Assembly (NCBI GenBank): GCA_044341215.1
Contig: JBIISC010000005.1
Location: 1 to 53,063 of the forward strand
Direction of reading: 5' to 3'
DNA length: 53,063 nt
Source of the DNA: Candidatus Nanopelagicales bacterium
Lineage (GTDB): Bacteria; Actinomycetota; Actinomycetes; S36-B12; UBA5976
In this document: positions 40,441-50,929 of the stretch, in pieces
How positions within the stretch are numbered: position 1 is the stretch's first letter
Layout: every line of letters begins with the position of its first letter
The notes under the pieces: model-generated
Seen by the model: only the letters and a program-made list of their open reading frames with translations
What the model was told of the DNA's origin: nothing
The model's database searches: none
Program-made: the position numbers and the translations under genes

Positions 40441-40845
40441 ATGATTGAGATAAATATCAATGGCAATGTGGTGGGTGAGCCAGTAATGGTTCCAACTAAG
40501 AGTGGGGTGGCGATGTGTTCGCTAAGGGTGGCGGTGAACTCTCGTAGGTTTGATAAGGCCACTCAGATTTGGCTCGATGGCGACACCACGTTTTTTACTG
40601 TGACTTCGTGGCGTGGGCTTGCTGAAAATGTGGCTTCATGTGTGAAAAAGGGAGATCCAGTAGTCGTAGTTGGCAAACTACGTGTGCGCGAGTGGACCAA
40701 TGAAGAAAAGTCCGGCACTTCGGTTGAGATTGAAGCCGCGTCAATTGGCCATGACTTGAGCCGGGGAAGTTCCGAGTTCACAAGGGTTTCACGCTCAGAA
40801 TTTGATGGGTTAGAAGACGCTGCAGGGGTTTCGCACACGGGCTGA
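40441..40845 (+). CDS. ssb: Single-stranded DNA-binding protein, paralogous (SsbB-type)
   Basis: OB-fold pattern GNV..., W.DGDTTFFTV..WR.LAEN, KGDPVVVVGKL and IGHDL. Lacks the DDxPF tail; sits next to ettA as in other actinobacteria. Confidence 0.9.
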   Translation: MIEININGNVVGEPVMVPTKSGVAMCSLRVAVNSRRFDKATQIWLDGDTTFFTVTSWRGLAENVASCVKKGDPVVVVGKLRVREWTNEEKSGTSVEIEAASIGHDLSRGSSEFTRVSRSEFDGLEDAAGVSHTG

Positions 40846-40877
40846 GCGTGGTTTGAGCGCAGGTAGGCTTCGCCGCT

Positions 40878-42569
40878 ATGGCTGAATACATATATACCCT
40901 CAAAAAAGCACGTAAAGCTCACGGCGACAAGGTCATCTTGGACGACGTAACCCTGATGTTTTTGCCTGGTGCAAAAATCGGTGTAGTTGGTCCAAACGGT
41001 GCTGGTAAGTCGACTCTCATCAAATTAATGGCAGGACTTGAACAAGTCTCGAACGGTGAGGCATATCTAGCACCTGGTTACACCGTAGGCATTTTGGCTC
41101 AGGAGCCAAAACTTGATGAAACCAAAACCGTTCTTGGCAACGTTGAAGAAGGCGTAGCTGAAACTAAAGCGATGTTGGATCGCTACAACGAAATTTCTGC
41201 TGAGATGGCAAACCCGGACGCCGACTATGACAAGTTGTTGGAAGAAATGGGTAAGTTGCAAGAAAAGATTGACCACAAGAATGCATGGGATCTAGATGCA
41301 CAACTCGAAATGGCGATGGATGCACTTCGGTGCCCAGCACCAGATGCTGACGTGACAAAACTTTCAGGTGGCGAGCGCCGTCGTGTTGCACTTTGCAAGT
41401 TGTTGTTGCAACAACCAGATTTGTTACTGCTTGACGAACCAACAAACCATTTGGATGCCGAGAGTGTGCAATGGCTCGAACAACATCTTGAAAAATACCC
41501 AGGCACAATTGTTGCAATCACACACGATAGGTACTTCCTAGACAATGTTGCACAATGGATTTTGGAACTCGACCGTGGACGCTGCTACCCATATGAAGGT
41601 AATTACTCAACTTACCTAGAGATGAAATCAGCTCGATTGAAAGTTGAAGGCCAAAAAGACGTTAAGCAAAAGAAGCGTTTGGATGATGAACTTGAGTGGG
41701 TTCGATCAAATGCAAAGGCGCGTCAGACAAAGTCTCGCGCCCGATTGGATCGCTACGAAGAGATGGCATCTGAAGCTGAAAAGACTCGCAAGATGGACTT
41801 CGAAGAAATTCAGATTCCACCAGGACCACGTCTCGGTGCTGTTGTGGTTGAAGCGAATGGATTAACAAAAGGTTTTGACGACCGTGTGCTGATTGACAAA
41901 CTTTCATTCACAATGCCACGAAATGGAATCGTGGGTGTGATTGGTCCAAACGGTGTTGGTAAAACCACCTTGTTCCGGATGATTGTTACAGCTGCCGGTT
42001 TAGATGCTGAATCTGAAAAGCCAGACAGCGGTGAATTGAAGATTGGTGACACAGTCAAACTTTCTTATGTTGATCAGAGCCGATCAGGTTTAGATGCAAC
42101 AAAGTCGGTTTGGGAAGTCGTGTCTGACGGCTTGGACTGGATCAAGGTTGGTCAAGTTGAAATGCCATCTCGCGCATATGTTGGAGCTTTTGGCTTTAAA
42201 GGTGCAGATCAGCAGAAAGCCACTGGAATTCTTTCAGGTGGCGAGAGAAACCGATTAAATCTTGCTTTAACTTTGAAGCAGGGTGGAAATTTATTGCTGC
42301 TTGACGAACCAACTAACGACCTTGATGTTGAAACTTTGGGTTCGCTTGAAAATGCTCTGCTTGAATTCCCAGGCTGTGCAGTTATCACCTCCCACGATCG
42401 TTGGTTCCTTGACCGGATTGCAACCCACATTTTGGCTTACGAAGGCAATAGTGAGTGGTTTTGGTATGAAGGAAACTTTGAGTCATACGAAAAGAACAAA
42501 GTAGAACGCCTAGGTATTGAAGCAGCTCGTCCGCATCGTGCCACATATCGCAAGTTGACTCGCGACTAA
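40878..42569 (+). CDS. ettA: Energy-dependent translational throttle A (ABC-F)
   Basis: MAEYIY, two ABC domains (GPNGAGKST, LSGGERRR, GPNGVGKTT, LSGGERNR), C-terminal PHRATYRKLTR. Confidence 0.96.
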   Translation: MAEYIYTLKKARKAHGDKVILDDVTLMFLPGAKIGVVGPNGAGKSTLIKLMAGLEQVSNGEAYLAPGYTVGILAQEPKLDETKTVLGNVEEGVAETKAMLDRYNEISAEMANPDADYDKLLEEMGKLQEKIDHKNAWDLDAQLEMAMDALRCPAPDADVTKLSGGERRRVALCKLLLQQPDLLLLDEPTNHLDAESVQWLEQHLEKYPGTIVAITHDRYFLDNVAQWILELDRGRCYPYEGNYSTYLEMKSARLKVEGQKDVKQKKRLDDELEWVRSNAKARQTKSRARLDRYEEMASEAEKTRKMDFEEIQIPPGPRLGAVVVEANGLTKGFDDRVLIDKLSFTMPRNGIVGVIGPNGVGKTTLFRMIVTAAGLDAESEKPDSGELKIGDTVKLSYVDQSRSGLDATKSVWEVVSDGLDWIKVGQVEMPSRAYVGAFGFKGADQQKATGILSGGERNRLNLALTLKQGGNLLLLDEPTNDLDVETLGSLENALLEFPGCAVITSHDRWFLDRIATHILAYEGNSEWFWYEGNFESYEKNKVERLGIEAARPHRATYRKLTRD

Positions 42570-42973
42570 TGAAGAAGCTCACCAAGGTTATTCCACTTCG
42601 TTGGAACGATTTTGATGTGCTCGGACATGTGAACAATGTTCGTTACTTCGACTTTATGCAAGATGCCCGGGTTTCGCTTGTGGAGTCGATGGCTTTATCT
42701 AAAGCGGACATTGCAGATATTGGCCACGTAGTTGCACGCCAAGAAATTGATTACCTGAAAGCAATTCCTATGGAAGCAGTTTCGGTAACGGTGCAGGTAT
42801 CTGTCGACAAAGTAGGCGGAGCTTCTTACGAATTATCTTATGAAATCACTGACGGTTCAGGGCTGGTCTATGCCAAAGCATCAACGGTCATGGTCACATT
42901 TGATGTGAAAGGTGATTGTGTAGTTCGGATCCCGGAAAATATCCGCACGGCACTTGAAACCTACTGCAAATAG
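42569..42973 (+). CDS. Acyl-CoA thioesterase (4HBT/FcbC hotdog family)
   Basis: RWNDFDVLGHVNNVRY motif. Confidence 0.9.
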   Translation: MKKLTKVIPLRWNDFDVLGHVNNVRYFDFMQDARVSLVESMALSKADIADIGHVVARQEIDYLKAIPMEAVSVTVQVSVDKVGGASYELSYEITDGSGLVYAKASTVMVTFDVKGDCVVRIPENIRTALETYCK

Positions 42974-43013
42974 CCGAAGTGCGAATAATCTCTAATTTTG
43001 TAACAATAACGCC

Positions 43014-43688
43014 ATGGCTGTGCAATCACCAATCGAACTGAAGTATGAAGAGGCTGTCCACCTCGCTGGATTACTCAAAAATCTAGCTCGTTGGGATACC
43101 AGTTCAGTGATTCGAATCCAAACTCGCGGCAAAGTTGCCGGCATCTGGGCAAAGACCCCGATGGAATGCCTGGTCTTTATTGCGATCCCGCTAGCAGATG
43201 AACCTGCCATAGCTATCGATTGCGTTGTGTTTGCCAGCCGAATGCGAGACATCCTGGGAGATCTATCTTCATTTAATGAATCCAATCGAGTTAAGACTTA
43301 TGCGCTACCAGACGATTTAGGCAGACTAGTTGAGTTTATAGATATGCCACCAGAATCAAAGTGGGTTCAAGGAGAAAAAGTAACTTGTGGCAATTTGCGA
43401 GATGAAGTTGAAAAAGTAATTGCGGAGTATCACGAGCAGATTTCTATGTTCCCAACTGCAGACGACAAGATGCGTGATTATGTTGCCAATCAAGTTTGGC
43501 AAGGAAAGGCAATTTCAGGTTTTCCATTAAGAAGTATTCACGTTGCTCGTCAACTTGGATTCCTCGCAGATATAAATGCTTTAGCTAATTTCCAAAACGT
43601 TGATGGGTGGAAGCGGTTATCTACGCCAGGTGGTCAGGTTTATATTGATGGTCGACCAAAGAAAAACAAATTACGCGTAGTTCGTTAA
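43014..43688 (+). CDS. Conserved actinobacterial hypothetical protein
   Basis: Syntenic position between thioesterase and globin. C-terminal LGFL...GWKRLSTPGGQV pattern. Confidence 0.7.
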   Translation: MAVQSPIELKYEEAVHLAGLLKNLARWDTSSVIRIQTRGKVAGIWAKTPMECLVFIAIPLADEPAIAIDCVVFASRMRDILGDLSSFNESNRVKTYALPDDLGRLVEFIDMPPESKWVQGEKVTCGNLRDEVEKVIAEYHEQISMFPTADDKMRDYVANQVWQGKAISGFPLRSIHVARQLGFLADINALANFQNVDGWKRLSTPGGQVYIDGRPKKNKLRVVR

Positions 43689-43699
43689 TTGTTTTGTAT

Positions 43700-44116
43700 T
43701 TAATTGAGTTTGCGCTCACGACTTAAGTCATTAACTTCTTTTGGAGTCTGATTTACTAAAAAGTGGGCGACTTGAACTAAATATGTGACAAGTTCGTCAT
43801 GTAAGTCTTTTTCCATAGATTGCTTTTCGACTGCTGCCATCATGTGTTTCAGCCAAGCGTCTCTGGCTTTGTCATCTATTGCAAATGCAGCATGGCGCAT
43901 CCGAAGTCGCGGATGACCGCGTTCTTGAGAGTATGTGTCCGGCCCTCCCCAAAACTGCATTAAAAACAGAGTTAAGCGGCGAATCGCTGGCTCTAAATCA
44001 CCTTCTGGATACATCGGACGCAGGATTGGATCTGCAGGAATACCTTCATAGAAATCTTTCACTAACTGTGTGAAAAAAGTTTCTCCGCCAACTCGGGCGT
44101 AAAAGTCATCACTCAT
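43700..44116 (-). CDS. glbO: Group II truncated hemoglobin
   Basis: FYARVGG, FY, LRPMYP, QFWGGP..YS..RGHPRLRMRH and W(G8). Confidence 0.92.
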   Translation of the reverse strand: MSDDFYARVGGETFFTQLVKDFYEGIPADPILRPMYPEGDLEPAIRRLTLFLMQFWGGPDTYSQERGHPRLRMRHAAFAIDDKARDAWLKHMMAAVEKQSMEKDLHDELVTYLVQVAHFLVNQTPKEVNDLSRERKLN

Positions 44117-45060
44117 TGACGTGTTGTGGTTGGTGGTGTACCAGGAGTTGGGTATGGGCGAGTCAATATTGGAACGCTCACTCCTGCTGCATCGAAAGAG
44201 TTCTTAATGCGTTCGCGAAGTGCGCGAGCTAGAGTCATTTGTTGTTGCGGTGCGACCTTTGCAATCACTTTAATGAAAACTGCTTCACCGGACACTGATT
44301 CAATACCAACAAATTCTGGTCGACCGAGCAACATGTCGTCGTAAGTTGGATCTGAATCCATATCACTTGCAATTTGCTCGATAATATTTCTAATGCGATC
44401 CATATCTTCGTCGTATGCAACCGGAATCTCAACAGATGCCATCGTCCAACCTTGTGAACGGTTTGCTACACGAATGATTTCACCGTTGCGGATATACCAA
44501 ACAACACCAGACATGTCGCGAAGCCGAGTAACTCGAAGACTGACTTCCTCAACATTTCCAATTGCCACGCCAAGGTCAACCATGTCGCCAACACCAAATT
44601 GATCTTCAATAATTAGAAAGATTCCTGCGAGGTAATCTTTAACCAAAGTTTGGGCGCCAAAACCCAGTGCTACGCCAACAACTCCGGCACTTGCAAGAAG
44701 TGGACCAATGTCGACCCCGAGTCGGGTCAGAATCAAAAGAACTGCGGTTGCCCAAATCATGATTTGGGCTGCACTCTTTAAAAGCTGCCCAATGGCTTCG
44801 GCTCGCTGTTCGCGCCTTTCACCCATCATTAGGTCAGTCAATTCATGGGTCCGAGCATTCTTGCGGGCAGCGCCTAGGCGCTCCTTTTGAGCACTTTTAG
44901 CGGCTTTGCGAACTCCACGTTTAATCCCGCGGGTGAACAGGGCGTTAAGCACAACAGCGCTCACCAGCACGAGAGATATATACAGTGGAGCGCCTAGAAA
45001 CCAGTTCAAAAAGGCAGCGGTGGAAGCGAAGATGTTCTTAGCCGCGAGCAGTCCGATCAA
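44113..45060 (-). CDS. Small-conductance mechanosensitive channel (MscS family)
   Basis: ASAGVVGVALGFGAQTLVKD, EDQFGVGD and LRVTRLRD motifs. AAGGAG RBS before TTG 45060. Confidence 0.92.
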   Translation of the reverse strand: MIGLLAAKNIFASTAAFLNWFLGAPLYISLVLVSAVVLNALFTRGIKRGVRKAAKSAQKERLGAARKNARTHELTDLMMGERREQRAEAIGQLLKSAAQIMIWATAVLLILTRLGVDIGPLLASAGVVGVALGFGAQTLVKDYLAGIFLIIEDQFGVGDMVDLGVAIGNVEEVSLRVTRLRDMSGVVWYIRNGEIIRVANRSQGWTMASVEIPVAYDEDMDRIRNIIEQIASDMDSDPTYDDMLLGRPEFVGIESVSGEAVFIKVIAKVAPQQQMTLARALRERIKNSFDAAGVSVPILTRPYPTPGTPPTTTRQ

Positions 45061-45171
45061 GTGAAACTCCTTAAGTCTTTCAATGTCCAACCCTAACCCC
45101 AACGCGAAAGGGCGGTGGGCATAAGACTTAGCCCGTGGCTCTACGCTCGCACCATTGAAGAAGGGAACCTC

Positions 45172-47349
45172 GTGGTTGAAAAAGTGCTTCCATCGCAAGA
45201 TGTTTTGGATTTAGCAAAAGCATTCCGAGTAGCAACCGAATACACCGACGATACGGGCACAGTTATCAAAGTATCGGGTGCAACTGTTGAAAAGGTTCTT
45301 GCTGCACTTGGTGTTGATGTGAAAACGCCAGAGGGGCTCGCTTCAGCCTGGGATCGGGTTAGCAACGGCCCGTGGCGCAAAGTTCTTCCCTCAGTCGTAG
45401 TTTCTACACAAGGAATCGAAAAACTGTTTCCAGTTCATGTTCCAGACGGATCTGCAGTTGTTGTTTGGGTTGAACTTGAAGAGGGCGGAAGAGTTCCAGT
45501 TGGGCAGATTGACAACTATGTGCCTCCTCGCAGTGTTGATGGTTCTATGGTTGGTGAAGCTACTTTTGCAGTGCCGACAAATCTTCCACTTGGTTGGCAT
45601 ACATTGCACGCAACAATCGAAGGTGATGCAACACATAAGGCTGTGCAAAGTTCATCAACTCTTGTTGTAACGCCTAAAGTTTTGCAACTTCCGCAAGGAA
45701 TGCGCGGCAAGCGCACTTGGGGCTTGATGGCTCAAATCTACGCAACCCGCTCCAAAGAATCATGGGGCCTAGGCGACTTGCACGACCTTGCAACCTTAGG
45801 AAGTTGGGGAGGAAAACAAGGTGCAGGTTTTGTTTTAGTAAACCCAATGCATGCTGCCGAAGTTTCAGCTCCAATGGCACCTTCACCATACTTGCCAGCC
45901 ACGCGTCGCTACTTCAATCCAATATACCTACACATCGAAGATGTTCCAGAATATGCAAATCTAAAATCACGCACCAAAGCCAAGATTGAAAAACTTTCTG
46001 AACCATTATTGAAGCTAAACAACAATGCTGATTTGCTTGATCGCGATCGGGTTTGGACAGCGAAAAAAGAAGCACTTGAAATCTTGCTAGACGACAAACT
46101 CTCTGCATCACGCCAAGCGGCATTTGATAAATATGCTGCCAATGAAGGTGATGGTCTACGACTATTCGCCACATGGTGTGCATTCGCCGAGAAGTACGGA
46201 ATTTCTATCAGCAACTGGCCAGAAGGAATCCGGACACCTGAAAGTTCGGACATGAAGAAATTCAGCGAAAAGTTTGCAAAACGAATCAATTTCTATGCAA
46301 AACTTCAATGGCTAATTGACGAACAGTTTGCTCGCGCCCAAGCCGCCGCTCGCGAAAGTGGAATGGTCGCTGGTGTCGTTCACGACCTTGCCGTAGGTGT
46401 CCACCCAGAAGGTGCAGACGCATGGGCATTGCATTCAGTTCTTGCACAGGGAATCAACGTTGGATGTCCACCTGATTTGTTTAATCAACTTGGTCAAGAT
46501 TGGTCGCAACCACCATGGCGACCAGATGCATTGGTTGATGCAGCCTTCAAACCTTTCCGAGACATGCTGCGCACAATCCTTCGTCATTCTGGCGGAATTC
46601 GCGTCGATCATGCACTTGGACTCTTCCGGCTTTGGTGGATTCCACAAGATGGTGGCGCAAAAGACGGCACCTATGTTTGGTATGACCATGAAGCAATGGT
46701 TGGCATTCTCGCACTCGAAGCTCAACGTGTTGGCGCATTTGTAGTTGCTGAAGATCTTGGAACTTTAGAGCCGTGGATTTTGGATTACTTAGTTGAACGC
46801 GAAATCATGGGAACAAATATCGCATGGTTTGAATACGACAAAGATGGCAATCCGAAATCTCCTGAAGACTGGCGCGAGTTGTCCATGGCAACAGTTTCAG
46901 TTCATGACATTCCACCAGCTGCTGGATTTATGGATGGCGAACATATTCGGATTAAGGAAGATCTAAATTTGTTCACTTCTGATTCCGCACCATTTTGGGC
47001 AGACCATCGTGCAAATATGACAAAGTGGGAAACATTCCTTCGCTCATACGGTTATGTTGAAGAAACTGCTTGGAGCCGTCCACTTTCAACTCAAGCCAAA
47101 ATTGAAGGCATGCATCGTGTCTTAGCGCACACTAAAGCGCGCTTACTTGGTGTTTCTGTTCCAGACATTGTTGGTGATGTGCGCGCTCAAAATCAGCCAG
47201 GCACCGATCAGGAATATCCAAACTGGCGAGTGCCAACTTGCTATGGCGATGGAACCCCACTGCTCTTGGAAGATTTCACCGACAAGTCAGCAACTGTAGA
47301 TTTAGCCAATCGCATTTTCGCCGCTATCACTCATCGCCGTCACTGGTAA
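45172..47349 (+). CDS. malQ: 4-alpha-glucanotransferase (amylomaltase, GH77)
   Basis: SPYLP, HDLAVGV, GQDWSQPPW, RVDHALG, AEDLG, HD and QNQPGT..YPNWR motifs. Start GTG 45172 with AAGGGA RBS. Confidence 0.95.
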   Translation: MVEKVLPSQDVLDLAKAFRVATEYTDDTGTVIKVSGATVEKVLAALGVDVKTPEGLASAWDRVSNGPWRKVLPSVVVSTQGIEKLFPVHVPDGSAVVVWVELEEGGRVPVGQIDNYVPPRSVDGSMVGEATFAVPTNLPLGWHTLHATIEGDATHKAVQSSSTLVVTPKVLQLPQGMRGKRTWGLMAQIYATRSKESWGLGDLHDLATLGSWGGKQGAGFVLVNPMHAAEVSAPMAPSPYLPATRRYFNPIYLHIEDVPEYANLKSRTKAKIEKLSEPLLKLNNNADLLDRDRVWTAKKEALEILLDDKLSASRQAAFDKYAANEGDGLRLFATWCAFAEKYGISISNWPEGIRTPESSDMKKFSEKFAKRINFYAKLQWLIDEQFARAQAAARESGMVAGVVHDLAVGVHPEGADAWALHSVLAQGINVGCPPDLFNQLGQDWSQPPWRPDALVDAAFKPFRDMLRTILRHSGGIRVDHALGLFRLWWIPQDGGAKDGTYVWYDHEAMVGILALEAQRVGAFVVAEDLGTLEPWILDYLVEREIMGTNIAWFEYDKDGNPKSPEDWRELSMATVSVHDIPPAAGFMDGEHIRIKEDLNLFTSDSAPFWADHRANMTKWETFLRSYGYVEETAWSRPLSTQAKIEGMHRVLAHTKARLLGVSVPDIVGDVRAQNQPGTDQEYPNWRVPTCYGDGTPLLLEDFTDKSATVDLANRIFAAITHRRHW

Positions 47350-47367
47350 ACCAAATAGAATTAAGGA

Positions 47368-47649
47368 ATGAAGACCAACGTGAAACTACTAACAAAACAT
47401 TTTTTCGCTCTGACTGCAATTTTATTTGTGGCAATTTCTCCAGCTGCAGCAAACATGGTTGATGCTGGCGAAGAGCCAGGTGCTGCACTAAGTGCAATCG
47501 ACACAATCCTCTGGTTTGTAGTCACGCCTACTGTGGTTTGGGCAATCGTTTGGTTCTTGTGGTCAATTCCTAAGTGGCGCAGGACAAACGAGCCAAAGAC
47601 TGGTGAGAACTGGAATCCAAATCCATCTACTGATGTTGTCAATCACTAA
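47368..47649 (+). CDS. Small membrane protein
   Basis: Signal-like N-terminus plus one TM. TAGAAT-N6-ATG. Confidence 0.7.
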   Translation: MKTNVKLLTKHFFALTAILFVAISPAAANMVDAGEEPGAALSAIDTILWFVVTPTVVWAIVWFLWSIPKWRRTNEPKTGENWNPNPSTDVVNH

Positions 47650-47666
47650 TTATCAATAAGAAACTA

Positions 47667-47702
47667 AAACAAAAGGGCCGGCAAATGCCGGCCCATTTGT
47701 TT
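47667..47702. terminator. Bidirectional intrinsic terminator
   Basis: GGGCCGGCA-AA-TGCCGGCCC stem flanked by A-rich and T-rich tracts between convergent genes. Confidence 0.85.
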
Positions 47703-47707
47703 ATTAG

Positions 47708-50254
47708 TTATTTGTCAGCTGCCTGAGCGGCCAGTGCGCGAACTAGCCCATCGCGACCTTCGCCCACCAAACGCTTGCAACCGTAAGGAACTTCATCCTT
47801 TTTCAAGAATTCATTTGCCGCATCTACTGTGGATTTTGAAATCTGGATTGCTGGGAATAAACCATTTGTGAGCGTTTGTGCAATCTCGTTGGAACGAGTT
47901 TCCCAAAGCTTTGGCAACATGTCGAAGTAAGGCTTGATGTAGTCAGCACTTAGTTCGCGACGATCTAAGTCCATGAACCCGCCAACCATTGCACCTGTAA
48001 TCTCATTAGACAAGTCAAGGTCGTTTAGAAGTGAATCCCATACTGCCTTCTTGTTTTCAGCTGTTGGAATAAGAGCTCGAGCTGTTGCGGCATTTCGCTT
48101 GCCAGCAGAAGTTACGTCTGCATCTTCTTCCTTTGCGATTTCGGCCTCACCAATTCGACCAGTTGCAGCTAAGCGACTTAGCAACATCCAGCGGAAGTCA
48201 GCATCTACTTTGATGCCCTCTATTGAAACTGAGCCATCAAGAAGTCCAGCAACTACTGCTAATTGTTCATCTGTGCGTGCAATTCCTACGAAGTTCTTAG
48301 CTGATGCAAATTGTGCATCGCTGCCTGCAGGAAGGGTGCGAGTCCAGTTGAGGTAAGAATCTGCCAATTTCAACATATTCTTTTCACGCTTATCAGGGTA
48401 TGAATAAATCTGAGCTGCAGTTCGGGTTTGCATCAATACACGTTGAATAATTGGAATGAAAGATTCAAGCGGCAAAGCTCTTTCGATTAAATCAATGAAA
48501 TCCGAAGTTGCCATTTCAGCATCGCGAGTCATGTCCCAAGCTGCAGACATCATCAAAGCACGTGGTAGAGAATCTGGAATAGTTCCTAGACTCTCAACTG
48601 CAGTTTTCAATGACCGTTCATCGAGACGGACTTTTGCAAAGGTTAGGTCGTCGTCATTTAGCAGCAACAAATCTGGTTGCGCAACTCCAACGAGTTCCTT
48701 CACATCAGTGCGTGCACCTTCAACATCTAGTTCAATCTGCTTAATCCGTTCCAAACCTTTTGCAGATTTGTTGTAAAGACCAATTGCTATCCGGTGCTTG
48801 CGAAGTTCTGGTGACAGGCCAGCTGGCTCTAGTGGTGGCAGCTGAACGATTGCAACGGACTTGTAGGTTCCGTCAGAATTCAATTCAATTTCTGGCTTCA
48901 ACATGTTGACACCAGAAGTTCGCAACCAAGAATCAGTGAAACTAGATAGGTCACGACCACTGGCTTTTTCAAGTTCGACCAACAAATCTTTTAATTCTGT
49001 GTTGCCCCATGAATGCTTTTTCAAGTAAGCAGAGACTCCAGCTAAGAAATCTTTTTCACCAACAAATGCCACTAGTTGGCGCAAAGTTGATGCACCCTTC
49101 GCGTATGAGATTCCATCGAAGTTAACTTCGACTGTGTCGAGATCAATCATGTCGGTTGAGATTGGGTGCGTGCCCGACATCTGGTCTTCTCGGTAACCCC
49201 ATAGTTTTCGGTCCACATGGAAAGAAGTCCAGGCTTGATCGAAGCGGGTTGCCGCATTGTTTGCGTAGTACGAAGCCCATTCAGCGAATGATTCATTCAG
49301 CCACAGGTCATCCCACCATTCCATGGTCACTAGGTTTCCGAACCACATGTGTGCCATCTCATGCAAGATTACGTTTGAACGAAATTCACGTTCGTGGTCG
49401 GTTGCACGGGACCGGTAAATCACACCTTCGTAGAAGGTCACGCAACCAGCATTTTCCATAGCTCCTGCATTGAATTCTGGGACAATGATTTGGTCATATT
49501 TGTCGAATGGGTAACCAACGCCAAAGTCTTTTTCAAATTGTTTGAAACCTTGTTTGGTAATCAAGAACATATCTTCATGATCTAAGAATTCAGAAAGAGA
49601 TTTACGGCAGTACCAACCAAGAGGGTATGTGCCAAATTCACCTGTGTATGAATCGGTAACACCGAAGTAATCTCCGGCAACGATTGCCGTTATGTATGTT
49701 GACATTACCTTGGTCTCGGCAAATTTGTGACGTGCACCATCTGCTAAATCAGACTTTTCAGCAAATGTGTTGCTGAAAACTTTCCAGTGAGCTGGTGCGT
49801 CAACAGTGAATGCGTAGGTGGCTTTGAGATTCGGTTGATCAAAGCATGCGAAAACCCGGCGGGCATCAGCAATTTCAAACTGCGAATAAAGATAAATCTC
49901 GTTGTCGGCCGGATCTGTAAATTTATGCAGACCTTCACCAGTGTTTGAGTACGCGCAGTTCGCAGTAACTTCCAAAACGTTTTCTTCTTTTAGACCATTA
50001 AGTTGCAGACGAGTTCCATCAAATGAACTTGCATCGATTGCAACACCGTTTAATGAAGCAGAAACTAGCTCTGGCGCGATCAAGTCAATCCAGGTTGAGC
50101 CGCCAGCCTTTGCGCTAAACGAAACTCGAGTGACACTCTTGAAGTTGGCGTTATCTGCCACATCAGTTAGGTCTAAATGGATCTCATATTTCTTTGCTGA
50201 AACTGTTTTGGCGCGTAAAGCGCATTCTTCACGGGTTAGATTCTCAGTGGACAC
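47708..50254 (-). CDS. pepN: Aminopeptidase N (M1 family)
   Basis: NLTREE, GEGLH, GAMEN, HEMAHMWFG..WLNES and ISYAKG motifs. Start GTG 50254. Confidence 0.96.
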   Translation of the reverse strand: MSTENLTREECALRAKTVSAKKYEIHLDLTDVADNANFKSVTRVSFSAKAGGSTWIDLIAPELVSASLNGVAIDASSFDGTRLQLNGLKEENVLEVTANCAYSNTGEGLHKFTDPADNEIYLYSQFEIADARRVFACFDQPNLKATYAFTVDAPAHWKVFSNTFAEKSDLADGARHKFAETKVMSTYITAIVAGDYFGVTDSYTGEFGTYPLGWYCRKSLSEFLDHEDMFLITKQGFKQFEKDFGVGYPFDKYDQIIVPEFNAGAMENAGCVTFYEGVIYRSRATDHEREFRSNVILHEMAHMWFGNLVTMEWWDDLWLNESFAEWASYYANNAATRFDQAWTSFHVDRKLWGYREDQMSGTHPISTDMIDLDTVEVNFDGISYAKGASTLRQLVAFVGEKDFLAGVSAYLKKHSWGNTELKDLLVELEKASGRDLSSFTDSWLRTSGVNMLKPEIELNSDGTYKSVAIVQLPPLEPAGLSPELRKHRIAIGLYNKSAKGLERIKQIELDVEGARTDVKELVGVAQPDLLLLNDDDLTFAKVRLDERSLKTAVESLGTIPDSLPRALMMSAAWDMTRDAEMATSDFIDLIERALPLESFIPIIQRVLMQTRTAAQIYSYPDKREKNMLKLADSYLNWTRTLPAGSDAQFASAKNFVGIARTDEQLAVVAGLLDGSVSIEGIKVDADFRWMLLSRLAATGRIGEAEIAKEEDADVTSAGKRNAATARALIPTAENKKAVWDSLLNDLDLSNEITGAMVGGFMDLDRRELSADYIKPYFDMLPKLWETRSNEIAQTLTNGLFPAIQISKSTVDAANEFLKKDEVPYGCKRLVGEGRDGLVRALAAQAADK

Positions 50255-50370
50255 TGAAAAAGCCTTTCTCTGCGGCAACTGTGCCTTTTCCTACTCCCAT
50301 TCTCACATATGCACGAATGTCGACAGCGGGGGATATCCACCTAGGCCAAACGCTCTGCCACAATTCAGCC

Positions 50371-50820
50371 ATGCGTATTCACCTTGGGACAGACCATGCC
50401 GGCTTCGAGTTCAAAAATGCTCTTGCTGAGCATCTACGGGCAAAGGGCCACGACGTGGTCGACCATGGCGCTTTCGAGTATGACGCCGAGGACGACTATC
50501 CAGCTTTCTGTATTTCAGCTGCGAAAGCTGTGGCTAGTGAAACTGGCAGTTTGGGCATCGTGATTGGTGGATCTGGCAATGGCGAGCAGATAGCTGCAAA
50601 CAAAGTGCCAGGTGTTCGAGCAGCACTCGCATGGAGCGTTGAAATAGCCAAACTTTGTCGCGAACATAACAATGCAAATGTGATTGGCCTCGGTGCTCGG
50701 ATGCATGATCAAGAAACATCTTATGCAATTGTTGATGCGTTTCTTGAAACTCCTTACAGTGACGCTGAACGGCATAATCGCCGAATAGCGCAGATTGCTG
50801 ACTTCGAAAACGAACGTTAA
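50371..50820 (+). CDS. rpiB: Ribose-5-phosphate isomerase B
   Basis: MRIHLGTDHAG, DYP, GGSGNGEQIAANKV, REHNNAN and RH.RRI motifs. Start ATG 50371. Confidence 0.96.
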   Translation: MRIHLGTDHAGFEFKNALAEHLRAKGHDVVDHGAFEYDAEDDYPAFCISAAKAVASETGSLGIVIGGSGNGEQIAANKVPGVRAALAWSVEIAKLCREHNNANVIGLGARMHDQETSYAIVDAFLETPYSDAERHNRRIAQIADFENER

Positions 50821-50929
50821 AACTTTAACTTGGGCAATTACCAATAGCCGAAGATGTAGCAGTTCTATTCGTATAAGGACGAGCAAGTTAAGCCTGTGGT
50901 ACTAGTTCTTTTGGGCTAGTCTTCCCTTC

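Noticed and set aside
40441-40845. SSB as a sign of phage or plasmid DNA
   Set aside because: A tail-less second SSB next to ettA is normal actinobacterial core synteny.
45061-45198. Head-to-head overlap of mscS and malQ ORFs
   Set aside because: Artefact of longest-ORF starts. SD-supported starts at 45060 and 45172 remove the overlap.
49902-50429. 175-aa plus-strand ORF and the long rpiB N-terminal extension
   Set aside because: Antisense shadow of pepN. RpiB homology begins at 50371.
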